From: an uncultured Acidobacteriota bacterium
Lineage (GTDB): Bacteria > Acidobacteriota > Thermoanaerobaculia > Multivoradales > UBA5704
NCBI GenBank assembly: GCA_963770895.1
Contig: CAVYRF010000002.1
Span: forward strand, 5,536,001-5,600,000
Length of the DNA stretch: 64,000 nucleotides
Reading direction: 5' to 3'
Shown here: positions 1-11,500 of the stretch, piece after piece
How positions within the stretch are numbered: position 1 is the first letter of the stretch
Layout of the letters: the number at the start of each line of letters is the position of its first letter
Notes under the pieces: model-generated
Database searches by the model: none
The model's input: the letters and a program-made list of their open reading frames with translations, nothing else
Told to the model about the DNA's origin: nothing
Program-made: the position numbers and the translations under genes

Positions 1-564
1 GCGGTGCTGCCCACCGTCAACTTCCTGGCCAACTACGGCCTGACCGGCGTCGGTCCCAGCTACGGCACGGCGTTCAGCCAGTTGAGCGATCTCAGCTTTC
101 CGGGCTGGTCGATCGGGCTGTCGCTGTCCGTGCCGCTGCAAAACCGCGCCGCCCGCGCCACCGCCGTCAGCTCCGACCTGGGCGTCAAGCAGTTCAGCTG
201 GGAGCTCGACGCGCAGCGCAAGCAGGTGCTGATCGAGGTGCGCAAGGCGGTGCGCGCCATGGAGACCGCGACCAAGCAGATCGACGCCGCGCACGCCGCC
301 CGCCAATACCAGGAGCGCAGCCTGGACGCCGAGCGCAAGCGCTACGAAAACGGCATGTCCACCAGCTTCCTGATCACCCAGGTGGAAGAGCAGCTGACCA
401 CCTCCAAGCAGACCGAAGTCAACGCCATCACCACCTACCGCACCGCCCTGGCCGAGTACTACCGCAGCATCGGCAAGCTCCTGCCCGAGCTGGGGGTGCA
501 GATCCAGGACCCCAAGGAGCCGGTCAACCGCTTCGTCTGGCACAAGGCCGACTGGTGGCGCTAG
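1..564 (+). CDS. TolC-family outer-membrane efflux protein, C-terminal part (5' end outside window)
   Basis: OEP-like signature: WSIGLSLSVPL beta-strand, coiled coil, 'ERKRYENGMSTSFLI'; first gene of a MacAB-type operon. Confidence 0.85.
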   Translation, partial: AVLPTVNFLANYGLTGVGPSYGTAFSQLSDLSFPGWSIGLSLSVPLQNRAARATAVSSDLGVKQFSWELDAQRKQVLIEVRKAVRAMETATKQIDAAHAARQYQERSLDAERKRYENGMSTSFLITQVEEQLTTSKQTEVNAITTYRTALAEYYRSIGKLLPELGVQIQDPKEPVNRFVWHKADWWR

Positions 565-684
565 TGTCCCGCCCGGTTAATTCGCATGGTATTCGCTTGC
601 CCTCCGGCCCCCTGGCGGCGTTGCGCCTCCTCGACATACGTTCGACTATGCCTGCGTCGGCGCGCCAACCGGGCGGGCCACTAG
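561..684. repeat. Palindromic MITE/REP-like element, internally deleted copy
   Basis: Ends CTAGTGTCCCGCCCGGTT...AACCGGGCGGGCCACTAG; about 100 bp nearly identical to 2786-2891; left end overlaps the TAG stop of the TolC gene. Confidence 0.8.
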
Positions 685-796
685 CAATAGGCCCCCTCCC
701 CTCAGGCGGCCTGCTGTAGGCTTGCTACCCGAGGCTGCCGGCCGGCACGCCGCCCCGCGACCCAGCGGTGCGGCGTCGCCGCCCAGAGGAACCGCC

Positions 797-2038
797 GTGA
801 AACGCATCCTGATCGTCGTCGCCTGCCTGGTGTTGGTGGGTGTGGCGGTGACCGCCGCCATCCGTGCCCGCGGCGGCAAAAAAGGCGTCCGCGTCTACGT
901 CGAGCCGGCGGCCCGCCGCGACCTGCTGCAGGTCGTCAAGGCGACCGGCGACATCGAGCCGCGCACCAAGGTCAACATCTCCGCCCACGTCATCGCCAAG
1001 ATCGAGAAGCTCTACGTCAACGAGGGCGACCGGGTGCAGAAGGGCCAGCCCTTCCTGATGCTGGAGCAGAACGTCTTCATCGCCGACCGCGACCAGTGGG
1101 CGGCACAGCTGCGCAGCGCCGAAACCGCCGTCGCCAAGCAGCAGGTGGAGCTCGACGACGCGACGGTCAAGCTGGCGCGCGCCAAGCGCCTGTTCACGGC
1201 CGGCTTCTTCACCGCCGAGCAGTGGGAAAACGCGCAGCTGGCCGAGCGCTCGGCGCGCCTGCAGCTGGAGCAGACCCGCGACGTGGTGAGCCAGGACCGC
1301 GCCAACCTGGAGCGGGCGCAGACCGACCTGGGCAAGACCGTGATCTACGCGCCGATCGGCGGCCAGGTCATCTCGCTCGCCGCCAAGGAGGGGGAGGTGG
1401 TGGTGTCGGGCACCATGAACAACCCCGCGTCGGTGATCGCCACCATCGCCGACATGAGCCAGGTGCTGGCCGAAGTGGACGTCGACGAAACCGAGATCGT
1501 GCAGGTCAAGCTCGGCCAGCGCGCCACGCTCAAGGTGGACGCTCTGCCCAAGCGCGTCTACCATGGCTCGGTGACGGAGGTGGGCAGCTCCGGCTACGGC
1601 CGCCCGTCGCAGCCCGACGTGACGTTCTTCCGGGTGAAGGTGCAGCTCGACGACAGCGACAGCCAGCTGCGCTCCGGCATGTCGGTGCGCGCGGAAATCG
1701 CCACCCAGGCCGACCGCGCGGCGCTGGTGGTGCCCATCCAGGCGGTGGTCGAGCGCGCGCCGCCGGGGCATCCGGGCGCCGACGAGATCAAGGTGGTGTT
1801 CGTGGTCGCCGGCGGGCGGGCTCACCTGCGGCCGGTGGAAACCGGCATCTCGGACGAGACGCAGGTCGAGGTGCTCTCGGGGCTGCACCCCGGCGACCAG
1901 CTGGTCACCGGGCCGTACCGGTCGCTGCGCGACCTCAAGGACGGCGACCTGCTGGACGTGACCGCCGGCGCGGCGCCCCAGGCCGGCGGCGAAGCGCAGG
2001 ACGGCCAGGACGCAGGCAAAGGGGGAGAGGATCGCTGA
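797..2038 (+). CDS. Efflux periplasmic adaptor (MacA/HlyD-family membrane fusion protein)
   Basis: GTG at 797 after AGAGGA; N-terminal TM ([14 protein letters not shown]), lipoyl half-motifs ([18 protein letters not shown]), '[13 protein letters not shown]', 'VETGISD'. Confidence 0.9.
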   Translation: MKRILIVVACLVLVGVAVTAAIRARGGKKGVRVYVEPAARRDLLQVVKATGDIEPRTKVNISAHVIAKIEKLYVNEGDRVQKGQPFLMLEQNVFIADRDQWAAQLRSAETAVAKQQVELDDATVKLARAKRLFTAGFFTAEQWENAQLAERSARLQLEQTRDVVSQDRANLERAQTDLGKTVIYAPIGGQVISLAAKEGEVVVSGTMNNPASVIATIADMSQVLAEVDVDETEIVQVKLGQRATLKVDALPKRVYHGSVTEVGSSGYGRPSQPDVTFFRVKVQLDDSDSQLRSGMSVRAEIATQADRAALVVPIQAVVERAPPGHPGADEIKVVFVVAGGRAHLRPVETGISDETQVEVLSGLHPGDQLVTGPYRSLRDLKDGDLLDVTAGAAPQAGGEAQDGQDAGKGGEDR

Positions 2039-2775
2039 TGCCACCGCTGATCGAGCTCGAAGAGGTCTTCAAGATCTACGACATGGGGGCGGAGAAGGTG
2101 CACGCCTTGAACGGCATCGATCTGCACATCGACCGCGGCGAATACGTGGCGATCATGGGGTCGTCGGGCAGCGGCAAGTCGACGCTGATGAACCTGCTGG
2201 GGTGCCTGGACACGCCCACCTCGGGCACCTACCGGTTGAACGGCGTCGCGGTCGAAGAGCTGGACGACAGCGAGCTGGCCGCCATCCGCAACAAGGAGAT
2301 CGGCTTCGTGTTCCAGACGTTCAACCTGCTCGCCCGCACCGACGCCCTGCACAACGTCGAGCTGCCGCTGATCTACGCCGGGGTGCCGCGCCGCGAGCGC
2401 CGCGAGCGGGCGCGCAACGCCCTGGCCCGCGTCGGCCTGGCCGAGCGCATGAGCCACAACCCCAACGAGCTGTCGGGCGGCCAGCGGCAGCGGGTCGCGA
2501 TCGCCCGCGCGCTGGTCAACGATCCGTCGCTGCTGCTCGCCGACGAGCCCACCGGCAACCTGGATTCGACCACCTCGGACGAAATCATGGAGCTGTTCGA
2601 CCAGTTGCACGCGGCCGGCAACTCGGTGGTGGTGGTCACCCACGAACCCGACATCGCCGAGCACTCGCAGCGCCGCATCAACCTGCGCGACGGCAAGGTG
2701 CTGTCCGACGCTCCGACGACGCACGCGGCGGCCGGCGGGGCCGGCGCCGGGACCGGCGCCGAGGCCGGGAGCTAG
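2038..2775 (+). CDS. MacB/LolD-type ABC transporter ATP-binding protein
   Basis: ATG overlaps upstream TGA; Walker A GSSGSGKS, signature LSGGQRQR, Walker [14 protein letters not shown]-loop VVVTH. Confidence 0.95.
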   Translation: MPPLIELEEVFKIYDMGAEKVHALNGIDLHIDRGEYVAIMGSSGSGKSTLMNLLGCLDTPTSGTYRLNGVAVEELDDSELAAIRNKEIGFVFQTFNLLARTDALHNVELPLIYAGVPRRERRERARNALARVGLAERMSHNPNELSGGQRQRVAIARALVNDPSLLLADEPTGNLDSTTSDEIMELFDQLHAAGNSVVVVTHEPDIAEHSQRRINLRDGKVLSDAPTTHAAAGGAGAGTGAEAGS

Positions 2776-2785
2776 CTCCCCAAGT

Positions 2786-2949
2786 TAGTGCCCCGCCCGG
2801 TGAATTCGCATGGTATTCGCTTGCCCTCCGGCCCCCTGGCGGCGTTCCGCCTCCTCGCCATAAGTTTCGACTATGCCTGCGTCGGCGCGCCTTGCCAGAG
2901 GACCGGATTGCGGCGCGACTACCATGCGAATTCACCGGGCGGGGCACTA
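2786..2949. mobile_element. Palindromic MITE/REP-like element, full-length copy (164 bp)
   Basis: Perfect 30-bp terminal inverted repeat TAGTGCCCCGCCCGGTGAATTCGCATGGTA (2786-2815) / TACCATGCGAATTCACCGGGCGGGGCACTA (2920-2949); intergenic, no coding capacity. Confidence 0.75.
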
Positions 2950-2963
2950 GGGCGGGGCCGCCG

Positions 2964-4190
2964 GTGATCGTCGCCGAAAACGTCCGCATCGCCGCCGCCG
3001 GGCTGCGCGCCAACGGCTTGCGGTCGCTGCTGACGACGCTCGGCATCGTCATCGGGGTGGCGGCGGTCATCGCCGTGGTGTCGGTGGTGCAGGGGCTGCA
3101 GCACCTGGCGACCGGCGTCTTCGAGGGGGTGGGAGCCTCCTTTCTGGCGGTCGAGGCGCGGCAGGCGCGCGAAAACCGCCCCGGCGTGGTGGCGCAGCAG
3201 GTGCGGCTGACGGTGGAGGACGCGCGCGCGATCCAGACCCAGGTGGCCGGCATCCGCGTCTTCACGCCGGTGCTGACCGGCAGCGCCGAGGTGCGCTACG
3301 GCGATCGCCGCCACCTGCCCGGCGCCGTGCTGGGGGTTGGCGACGCCTACCAGGAGGTGCTCAACCACACCGTCGAGCGCGGCCGTTTCCTGTCCCGCAT
3401 CGACCTCGAGAATCACCGCAAGGTCGCGGTGCTCGGCCCCAAGGTGGTCGCCAAGCTGCGGCTGGGGGGGGCGGTGCTGGGCAAGGAGATCTACGTCGGC
3501 AACCTCCCGGTGACGGTCGTCGGCATCATGGAGAGCAAGGGCGAGACGCTCGGCACCGACCTGGACGACCGGGTGTTCGTGCCGTTCGACACCGCCTTTG
3601 CCCTGTTCGGGCGCGACGCCGCCGACCGCGTGCAGTGCTACATGCAGGCGACGACGCCCGAGCGGGTGGCGGCGGTCCAGGCGGACATCGCCCAGCTGCT
3701 GCGCCGCCGCCACCACCTGGCGGCAGGCACGCCGGACGACTTCCGCATCACCGTCCAGGACGAGCTGCTGCGCCAGGTCACGCGGTTCCTGTCGGCGGTC
3801 ACCGCGGTGGTCGCCGGCATCGTCGGCATCTCGCTGCTGGTCGGCGGCATCGGCATCATGAACGTCATGCTGGTGTCGGTGACCGAGCGCACGCGCGAGA
3901 TCGGCGTGCGCAAGGCGGTCGGCGCCCGCCGCCGCGACATCCTGGCGCAGTTCCTGATCGAGGCGGTGACGCTGTCGCTGGCCGGCGGCCTGCTCGGCTT
4001 CGCGCTCGGCTACGGCCTGGGGGCGCTGGTGGTGGCGGTGGTGCCGGCGCACCTGCCGCCGGCGCACGTGCCGCTGTGGGCGGCGGTGCTGTCGCTGGGA
4101 TTCTCGGCGGCGGTGGGGATCTTCTTCGGCATCTATCCGGCCGGCAAGGCGGCCCGTCTCGACCCCATCGAGGCGCTGCGCTACGAGTAG
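2964..4190 (+). CDS. MacB-family ABC transporter permease (FtsX-like)
   Basis: 'RSLLTTLGIVIGVAAVI' TM1, periplasmic domain, 'GGIGIMNVMLVSVTERTREIGVRKAVGA', C-terminal 'LDPIEALRYE'; start taken at GTG 2964. Confidence 0.93.
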   Translation: MIVAENVRIAAAGLRANGLRSLLTTLGIVIGVAAVIAVVSVVQGLQHLATGVFEGVGASFLAVEARQARENRPGVVAQQVRLTVEDARAIQTQVAGIRVFTPVLTGSAEVRYGDRRHLPGAVLGVGDAYQEVLNHTVERGRFLSRIDLENHRKVAVLGPKVVAKLRLGGAVLGKEIYVGNLPVTVVGIMESKGETLGTDLDDRVFVPFDTAFALFGRDAADRVQCYMQATTPERVAAVQADIAQLLRRRHHLAAGTPDDFRITVQDELLRQVTRFLSAVTAVVAGIVGISLLVGGIGIMNVMLVSVTERTREIGVRKAVGARRRDILAQFLIEAVTLSLAGGLLGFALGYGLGALVVAVVPAHLPPAHVPLWAAVLSLGFSAAVGIFFGIYPAGKAARLDPIEALRYE

Positions 4191-4193
4191 CCC

Positions 4194-5417
4194 ATGGTCC
4201 TGGTCGAAAGCATCCGCCTGGCGCTGGCGGCGCTGGCCGCCAACAAGCTGCGCTCCATGCTCACCACCCTGGGGATCGTCATCGGCGTCGGCTCGGTGGT
4301 GGCGGTGGTGTCGGTGGTGCAGGGGCTGCAGCACCTGGCGAGCGACATCTTCGAGGGGGTGGGGGCGACGTACATGTTCGTGCTGCCGCTGCGCCCCGAG
4401 CAGCCGGGGGAGGCGGGCGCCCACCAGGTCAAGCTGACCTGGGACGACGGCAAGGCGGTCCAGGAGCAGGTGCCGGGGGTGCGCTACCTGACGCCGCTCA
4501 TCGCCGGCAGCGAGGAGGTCAAGTACGGCGACCGCCGGTACCGTCCCGACTTCGTGGTGGGCGCCGCCGACAACTACCAGGAGGTGATGAACCACACCGT
4601 GGACCGCGGCCGGTTCTTCTCGCTCATCGACGTCGAGGCGCAGCACAAGGTGGCGGTGGTCGGCACCCGCGTGGTGGAGCGGCTGGGCCTGGGGAGCAAC
4701 CCCATCGGCAAGCAGATCTACGTCGGCCGCTATCCGGCGACGGTGATCGGGGTGATGGAGCACAAGGGCCAGACGCTGGGGCAGGACATGGACGACTTCC
4801 TGTTCGTCCCCTTCGGCCAGGCGCTGGCCCTCTTTGGGCGCGAGGCCGGCGACCAGGCGCAGCTGCGCCTGCAGGCCGAGCGCGCCGACCTGGTCGACGA
4901 GGTGAGGGCCGGCATCGTCCGCGTGCTGCGGCGGCGCCACCATCTTGGCGCGGCGGACCCCGACGACTTCCAGATCATCGTCCAGGACGAGATCCTCAAG
5001 CAGGTGACCGGCTTCCTGTCCGGCGTCACCGCCGTGGTGGGGGGGATCGTCGCCATCTCGCTGCTGGTGGGCGGCATCGGCATCATGAACATCATGCTGG
5101 TGTCGGTGACCGAGCGCACGCGCGAGATCGGCGTGCGCAAGGCGGTCGGCGCCCGCCGCCGCGACATCCTGCTGCAGTTCCTGATCGAGGCCGTGACGCT
5201 GTCGGGCGCCGGCGGCCTGCTCGGCCTGGCGGTGGGGTACGGGTTGGGCGCGCTGGTGACCGCGGTGATCCCCGCCACGCTGCCGCCGGCGCACGTGCCG
5301 CTGTGGGCGATCGTGCTGGCGACCGGCACGTCGATGTCGATCGGCATCGCTTCTGGCATCTACCCGGCCGCCAAAGCGGCGCGGCTGGACCCCATCACCG
5401 CCCTCCATTTCGAATAG
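4194..5417 (+). CDS. MacB-family ABC transporter permease (second paralog)
   Basis: Same motifs as the preceding gene; tandem paralog. Confidence 0.93.
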   Translation: MVLVESIRLALAALAANKLRSMLTTLGIVIGVGSVVAVVSVVQGLQHLASDIFEGVGATYMFVLPLRPEQPGEAGAHQVKLTWDDGKAVQEQVPGVRYLTPLIAGSEEVKYGDRRYRPDFVVGAADNYQEVMNHTVDRGRFFSLIDVEAQHKVAVVGTRVVERLGLGSNPIGKQIYVGRYPATVIGVMEHKGQTLGQDMDDFLFVPFGQALALFGREAGDQAQLRLQAERADLVDEVRAGIVRVLRRRHHLGAADPDDFQIIVQDEILKQVTGFLSGVTAVVGGIVAISLLVGGIGIMNIMLVSVTERTREIGVRKAVGARRRDILLQFLIEAVTLSGAGGLLGLAVGYGLGALVTAVIPATLPPAHVPLWAIVLATGTSMSIGIASGIYPAAKAARLDPITALHFE

Positions 5418-5598
5418 CGCCCCAGGGGGCGTCCTGGACCGGCCGACGGCGGCCGGCAGCCAGCGGGCGGTGGAGTTGGCTCGGGCGTTGCAACGGTTCC
5501 CGGCGACCGCCGCACCTCCGGGCTCGTCTACCCAGCGGCTGATGGCCATGTGGCCAGCCGCGGGTCCGGAGGCACGCCGCGCCGGAGCCCGAGATCCT

Positions 5599-8500
5599 GT
5601 GAGCGACCCGACCGTCCAGCTGCCTTCGTTCAGCGACCTGCCCGAACCGATCCGCGAAGACCTCTGGAGCGTCGAGCGCCTGGAGCATCACGCCGAGGCT
5701 CTGGCGGCGTCCCATCACACCCGGCGCCGGCGCTGGGGCGACCGCCGCCTGCGGCCGCGGGTGTGGGACAACGGCAAGGTCCTGCTGGCTTCGTATCGCG
5801 CCATCGCCGGCGCGATCCGCGACGAGCGCGCGATCACGCCGGCGGCCGAATGGCTGGTCGACAACTTCCACCTGGTCGAAGAGCAGCTGCGCGAGATCCG
5901 CGAGGACCTGCCGGCCGGCTTCTACCGCCAGCTGCCGCGCCTGGCGGACGAGCCGTGGCGCGGCTATCCGCGCGTCTACGCCCTGATCTACGACTTCGTG
6001 GCGCACACCGACAGCCGCTTCGATCCCGATGCCCTGCGCCGCTTCGTCGCCGCCTACCAGCGCGCGCAGCCGCTGGCGGTCGGCGAGCTGTGGGCGGTGA
6101 CCATCTCGCTGCGCATCGTGCTGGTGGAAAACCTGCGCCGCCTGGCCGAGCAGATGGTGCGCTCGCGGGTGGCGCGGGAGCGCGCCGAAAGCCTCGCCGA
6201 TACGCTGCTGGGCGGCGCCGCGGAGCAGGCCGGCGCGGCGCTGCAACGGCACGAGCAGGGGCCGCTCGACATCGCCTTCGCGGTGGTGCTGATCGGCCGG
6301 CTGCGGGACGAAGACCCGGCGGTGACGCCGGCGCTGGCCTGGCTGGATCGCCGCCTGGACGAGCAGGGCACGACGGCGGACGCGATCGTCGAGCTGGAGC
6401 ACCAGCGCCAGGTGGCGATGAACTCGACGGTGCGCAACATCATCACCAGCATGCGCTCGATCTCGGCGTTCGATTGGGCGGGGTTCTTCGAAAGCGTCAG
6501 CCTGGTCGACGCGGCGCTGGGCGAGTACGCGGGCTACCGGGCGATGGAGTTCGCCACCCGCGACCGCTACCGGCACGCGGTCGAGGAGCTGGCGCGCGGC
6601 GCGCCGGCGAGCGAGGCCGACGTCGCCCGGCGCGCGGTGCGGTGCGCGGCGGCTGCCGCCGCTCAGGGCGCCTCCGGGGATGCAGGCGGCGCGGTCACGG
6701 CGCGGTCGGTGGTGGCGGGGGCGCCGGCGGCGGGGGGGCCGGCGCCGGCGGAGCAGGCTGCCGCCGCCGGCGCGCTGGCCGCGGCGCTCGCCACCGACCG
6801 GCGCGCCGATCCGGGCTACTACCTGGTCGGCGGCGGGCGCGCCGCCTTCGAACGCCAGGTGCGCTACCGCCTGCCGCCGTGGCTGGGGGCGCGGCGGGCG
6901 TTTCTGGCCCACCCGACGGCCGGCTACCTGGGGTCGCTGGCCGTCGTCACCGCCGCGGCGCTGGCGGCGCCGGTCTGGGCGGCGCAGGATCGCGGCGTGG
7001 GGTGGCCGCTGCTCGCGGCGCTCGCCGTGCTGGCGCTGGTTCCCGCTTCGGACCTGGCGGTGCAGCTGCTCAACGCCTGGGTGATGGAGCGGCTGGGGGC
7101 GCGGGCGCTGCCGCGGCTGACGCTGGGCCCCAACCTGCCGCCGGAGCTGCGGACGCTGGTCTGCATCCCGGCGCTGCTCACCGACCCTGGCGAGATCGAA
7201 GAGCTGATCGGGCGGCTGGAGGTGCACTTCCTGGCGAATCCCGAGCCGGAGCTGCGCTTCGCGCTGCTCACCGACTGGCTGGACGCGCCGAGCGAAACCA
7301 TGCCGGGCGACGCCCCGCTGCTGGCGGCGGCGCGCGCCGGCATCGCGCGGCTCAACGCCCGCCACGGTGCGGCGCGGCAGCAGGCGCCGGCGGACGGCGC
7401 GAACGGCGGCGCGACGCGCTTTTTCCTGCTGCACCGGCGGCGGCAGTGGAGCCGCGGCGAAAACTGCTGGCTGGGCTGGGAGCGCAAGCGCGGCAAGCTC
7501 GAAGAGCTCAACCGCCTGCTGCGCGGCGCCGGCGACACCACCTTCCTGGACGCCGTCGCGGATGCCAGGGAGCTGGGCGCGGTGCGCTACGTGCTGACCC
7601 TGGACGCCGACACCCGGCTGCCGCGCGGCGCCGCCTGCCGGCTGGTCGGCACCATGGCGCACCCGCTCAACCGGGCGCGCTTCGACGAGCGGCTGCGGCG
7701 GGTGGTCGAGGGCTACGGCATCCTGCAGCCGCGCGTCACGCCGACCCTGCCCAGCGGCCGCGAGGGGTCGCTCTACCAGCGCATCACCTCGGGGCCGGCG
7801 GGGATCGACCCGTACGCCGCCGCGGTGTCGGACGTCTACCAGGACGTCTTCGGCGAGGGCTCGTTCACCGGCAAGGGCATCTACGACGTCGACGCCTTTA
7901 CCGCGGCGCTGGCCGGCCGCGTGCCCGAGGGGACGCTGCTCAGCCACGACCTGCTGGAAGGGATCTTCGCGCGTTCGGGGCTGGCAACCGACATCGAGCT
8001 GTTCGAGGAGTTCCCGGCGCACTTCCTGGCCGCCCAGGCGCGCCAGCATCGCTGGGCGCGCGGCGACTGGCAGCTGCTGCCCTGGATCGTCGGCGGCGGC
8101 CGGCGGCGGGGACCGATCCCGCTCATCGGGCGGTTCAAGATGTTCGACAACCTGCGGCGGACGCTGGTGGCGCCCGCCACCTGGCTGCTGCTGGCGGCGG
8201 CCTGGGCGGTGCCGGGGGCCGCGCCGGGGGTGTGGACCGGCTTCTGGCTGCTGACCATCGCGCTGCCAGGCTTCCTGCCGGTGCTGTACGCGGCGGTGCC
8301 GCGGCGGCGCGGCATCTCGAAGCGCAGCCACGTGCGCGCCGTCGGCCGCGACCTGGCGCTGGCCGCGGCGCGGGTGGGCCTGGCGCTGGCGACGCTGGCC
8401 TGGCAGGCGTGGCTGATGACCGACGCGATGGTGCGCACCCTGGTGCGGCTGGCCGCGACGCGCCGCAAGCTGCTCGAATGGGTGACGGCGGCGCAGGCGC

Positions 8501-11500
8501 GCAGCGGCTTGAGCCTGGACCTGGGTGCCTTCTATCGCCGCATGGCGGGTGGCGTGGCGCTGGCGGCGGCCGCCGCCGCGGCGGCGGCGTTGGGGACGGT
8601 GGCGCGCGTCGGCGCGCCGGCGGCGGCGGGGGGGCGGCGGCGGGAGCGGCGCTGCCGCCGCCCGGCGCCGTGTGGGTGTGGGCGGCGCCGCTCGTGGTGC
8701 TGTGGGCGCTGGCGCCGGCGGTGGCGCGCTGGCTGAGCCTGCCGCTGCCCGGCGCGGCGGAGACGCTGCCGCTGACCGCCGCCGAGCGCCGCACGCTGCG
8801 CCTCATCGGCCGCCGCACCTGGCGCTTCTTCGAAACCTTTGTCGTCGCCGGCGACAACGCGCTGCCGCCGGACAACGTGCAGGAGGACCCGCGGCAGGTG
8901 GTGGCGCACCGCACCTCGCCGACCAACGTCGGGCTCTACCTGCTGACGGTGGTGGCGGCGCGCGATCACGGCTGGCTGGGGACCCTGGACGCGATCGACC
9001 GGCTGGAGGCGACGCTTGCCACCGTCGGCAGGCTGGTCCACTTTCGCGGCCACCTGCTCAACTGGTACGACACGCAGAGTCTGGAGCCGCTGGCGCCGCG
9101 CTATGTCTCGACGGTGGACAGCGGCAACCTGGCGGGCCACCTGCTGACCCTGGCGGAAGGCTGCTACCGGCGCGGCCGGCTGCCGGCTTTGGATCGCCAG
9201 GTTCTGGCCGGCATCGCCGATGCCGTCGACTGCCTGCGCGAAGCGGCGCCGGCCAGCGCCGGGCTGCGCACCCAGACGGTGACCCGCCGCCACCTTGACG
9301 AGGCGCTGGCCGCGGTCGAAACCGGGCTGCGGAGCGAGGGCGCCGACCTGCCCCCCACGCCCGCCACCGCCGCCGCGTGGGCGGAGCGGCTGGACCAGCT
9401 GGCCGCCAGCCTGCACGCGGTGGTGGACGTGGCAGGGGCGCTGGCGCACGAGCAGCGCGAAGGCGCCGACGCCGCCGCCTGGGGCGAGGTGCTGGCCTGG
9501 GCCGAGCTGGCCGCCGCCTGCGTCGCCAGCCACCGGCGCGACCTGGACGCCCTGGCGCAGGCGGACCCGGCGCCCGCGGCGGCTCCCGGAGCGGCGGGAG
9601 CGGTGCCCGGGGAGCCGCTGGAGGTCCCCCTGGCCGCGGCCTCGCCGCCCTCGCCGGGGCTGCCGGCGGCGGTCGTGCGGCGGCTCGAGGCGCTGGCCGA
9701 ATCCGCCCTGGCGGCCTTTGCCGCCATGGAGTTCGGGTTTCTGTACGACCCGGTGCACAAGCTCTTTGCCATCGGCTATCGCGCCGATCTGGGCGAGCTG
9801 GACGGCAACGAGTACGACCTGCTCGCTTCGGAAGCGCGCCTGGCCAGCTTCGTCGCCATCGCCAAGGGCGACGTACCGGTCGAGCACTGGTTCCACCTCG
9901 GCCGCCAGCTGACGCCGGTGGACCGCGGCGCCGCCCTCATCTCGTGGTCGGGCTCGATGTTCGAATACCTGATGCCGGCGCTGGTCATGCGCGCGCCGGC
10001 GCACAGCCTGCTCGACCAGACCTGCCGCCTGGTGGTGCGGCGGCAGATCCAGTACGGCGAGGAGCGGGGCGTCCCCTGGGGGGTGTCGGAGTCGGCGTTC
10101 AACGCCCGCGACCTGCAGCTGACCTACCAGTATTCGAACTTCGGCGTCCCCGGCCTGGGCCTCAAGCGCGGCCTGTCGGAGGACCTGGTGATCGCCCCCT
10201 ACGCCACGGCGCTGGCGGCGATCTTCGAGCCGCGCGCGGCGATCCGCAACTTCGCCCGCCTGGCGGAGGCTGGCGCCAGCGGCCGCTTCGGCTTCTACGA
10301 AGCGGTCGACTACACCGCGAGCCGCCTGCCCGAGGAGCAGAACCTGGCGGTGGTGCGCGCCTTCATGGCCCACCACCAGGGCATGTCGCTGCTCGCCCTG
10401 GCCGACGTCCTCGATCCCTGCGACGACGGCGCCCTGCCGGCACTGTTTCACGCCGCGCCGCAGGTGCAGGCGACCGAGCTGCTGCTGCAGGAGCGCACGC
10501 CGCGCGACGTGGCGGTGGCGCGACCGCGCGCCGAGGAGGTCGCCGCCGCGGCGCAGATCGGCGCCCTGCTGCCGCCCGTCGAGCGGCGCTACGATTCGCC
10601 GCACGACACGACGCCGCGCAGCCACCTGCTGGGGCACGGCCGCTACGTGGTGATGCTGACCGCCGCGGGCTCGGGGTACAGCCGCGCCGGCGACCTGGCG
10701 GTGACGCGCTACCGCGAAGACGCCACCCGCGACTGCTGGGGGACTTTCTTCTTCCTGCGCGACATGCACAGCGGCGCCGTGTGGTCGGCCGGCTACCAGC
10801 CGAGCGGCGTCCAGGCGGACCAGTACGAGGCGATCTTCGCCGAAGACCGTGCCGAGATCGTGCGCCGCGACGGCGCGATCGCCAGCCGCCTGGAGGTGGT
10901 GGTGACGCCCGAGGACGAGGGCGAGGTGCGCCGGCTGTCGCTCTCCAACCGCGGCGCCCGGCCGAGCGAGATCGAGGTCACCTCCTACGCCGAGGTGGTG
11001 CTGGCGCCGCAGGCGGCGGACGCGGCGCACCCGGCGTACTCCAACCTGTTTGTCGAGACCGAGTTCCTGGCTCCCACCGGCGCGCTCCTGGCCTGGCGGC
11101 GGCCGCGCGCCGAGGGCGAGGCGCGGCCGTGGGCGGTGCACGTCGTGGCGGTCGACGGCGACGGGGCCGCGGGGGTGCAGTTCGAAACCGACCGCGCGCG
11201 CTTCCTGGGCCGCGGGCGCGGCGTGCGCACGCCGATGTCGGTCGTCGACGGCAGGCCGCTGTCCAACACCGCGGGCGCGGTGCTCGACCCCATCTTCAGT
11301 CTGCGGCGGCGGGTGCGCCTGGCGCCGGGCGCCACCGTGCGCGTGGTGTTCGCGACGCTGGTGGCGCCGTCGCGCGAGGCCGCGGTGGCGCTGGCGGAGA
11401 AGTACCGCGATCCGGCGGGCTTCGAGCGTGCGGCGACCATGGCATGGACGCAGGCGCAGGTGCACCTGCGCCACCTGGCCATCCTGCCCGACGAGGCCAA

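Noticed and set aside
1096-2963. Long N-terminal extensions of the ABC ATPase (from 1096) and permease (from 2202)
   Set aside because: They overlap upstream genes or the MITE; family homology starts at 2038 and 2964.
6640-6800. Ala/Pro/Gly-rich insertions in NdvB (also in the kinase and propeller genes) as inteins or mobile inserts
   Set aside because: No intein or terminal-repeat motifs; they look like low-complexity linker expansions.
5550-8620. N-terminal 1000 aa of the 2973-aa ORF
   Set aside because: Off-frame low-complexity translation; the real NdvB N-terminus is in the 5470..8736 frame.
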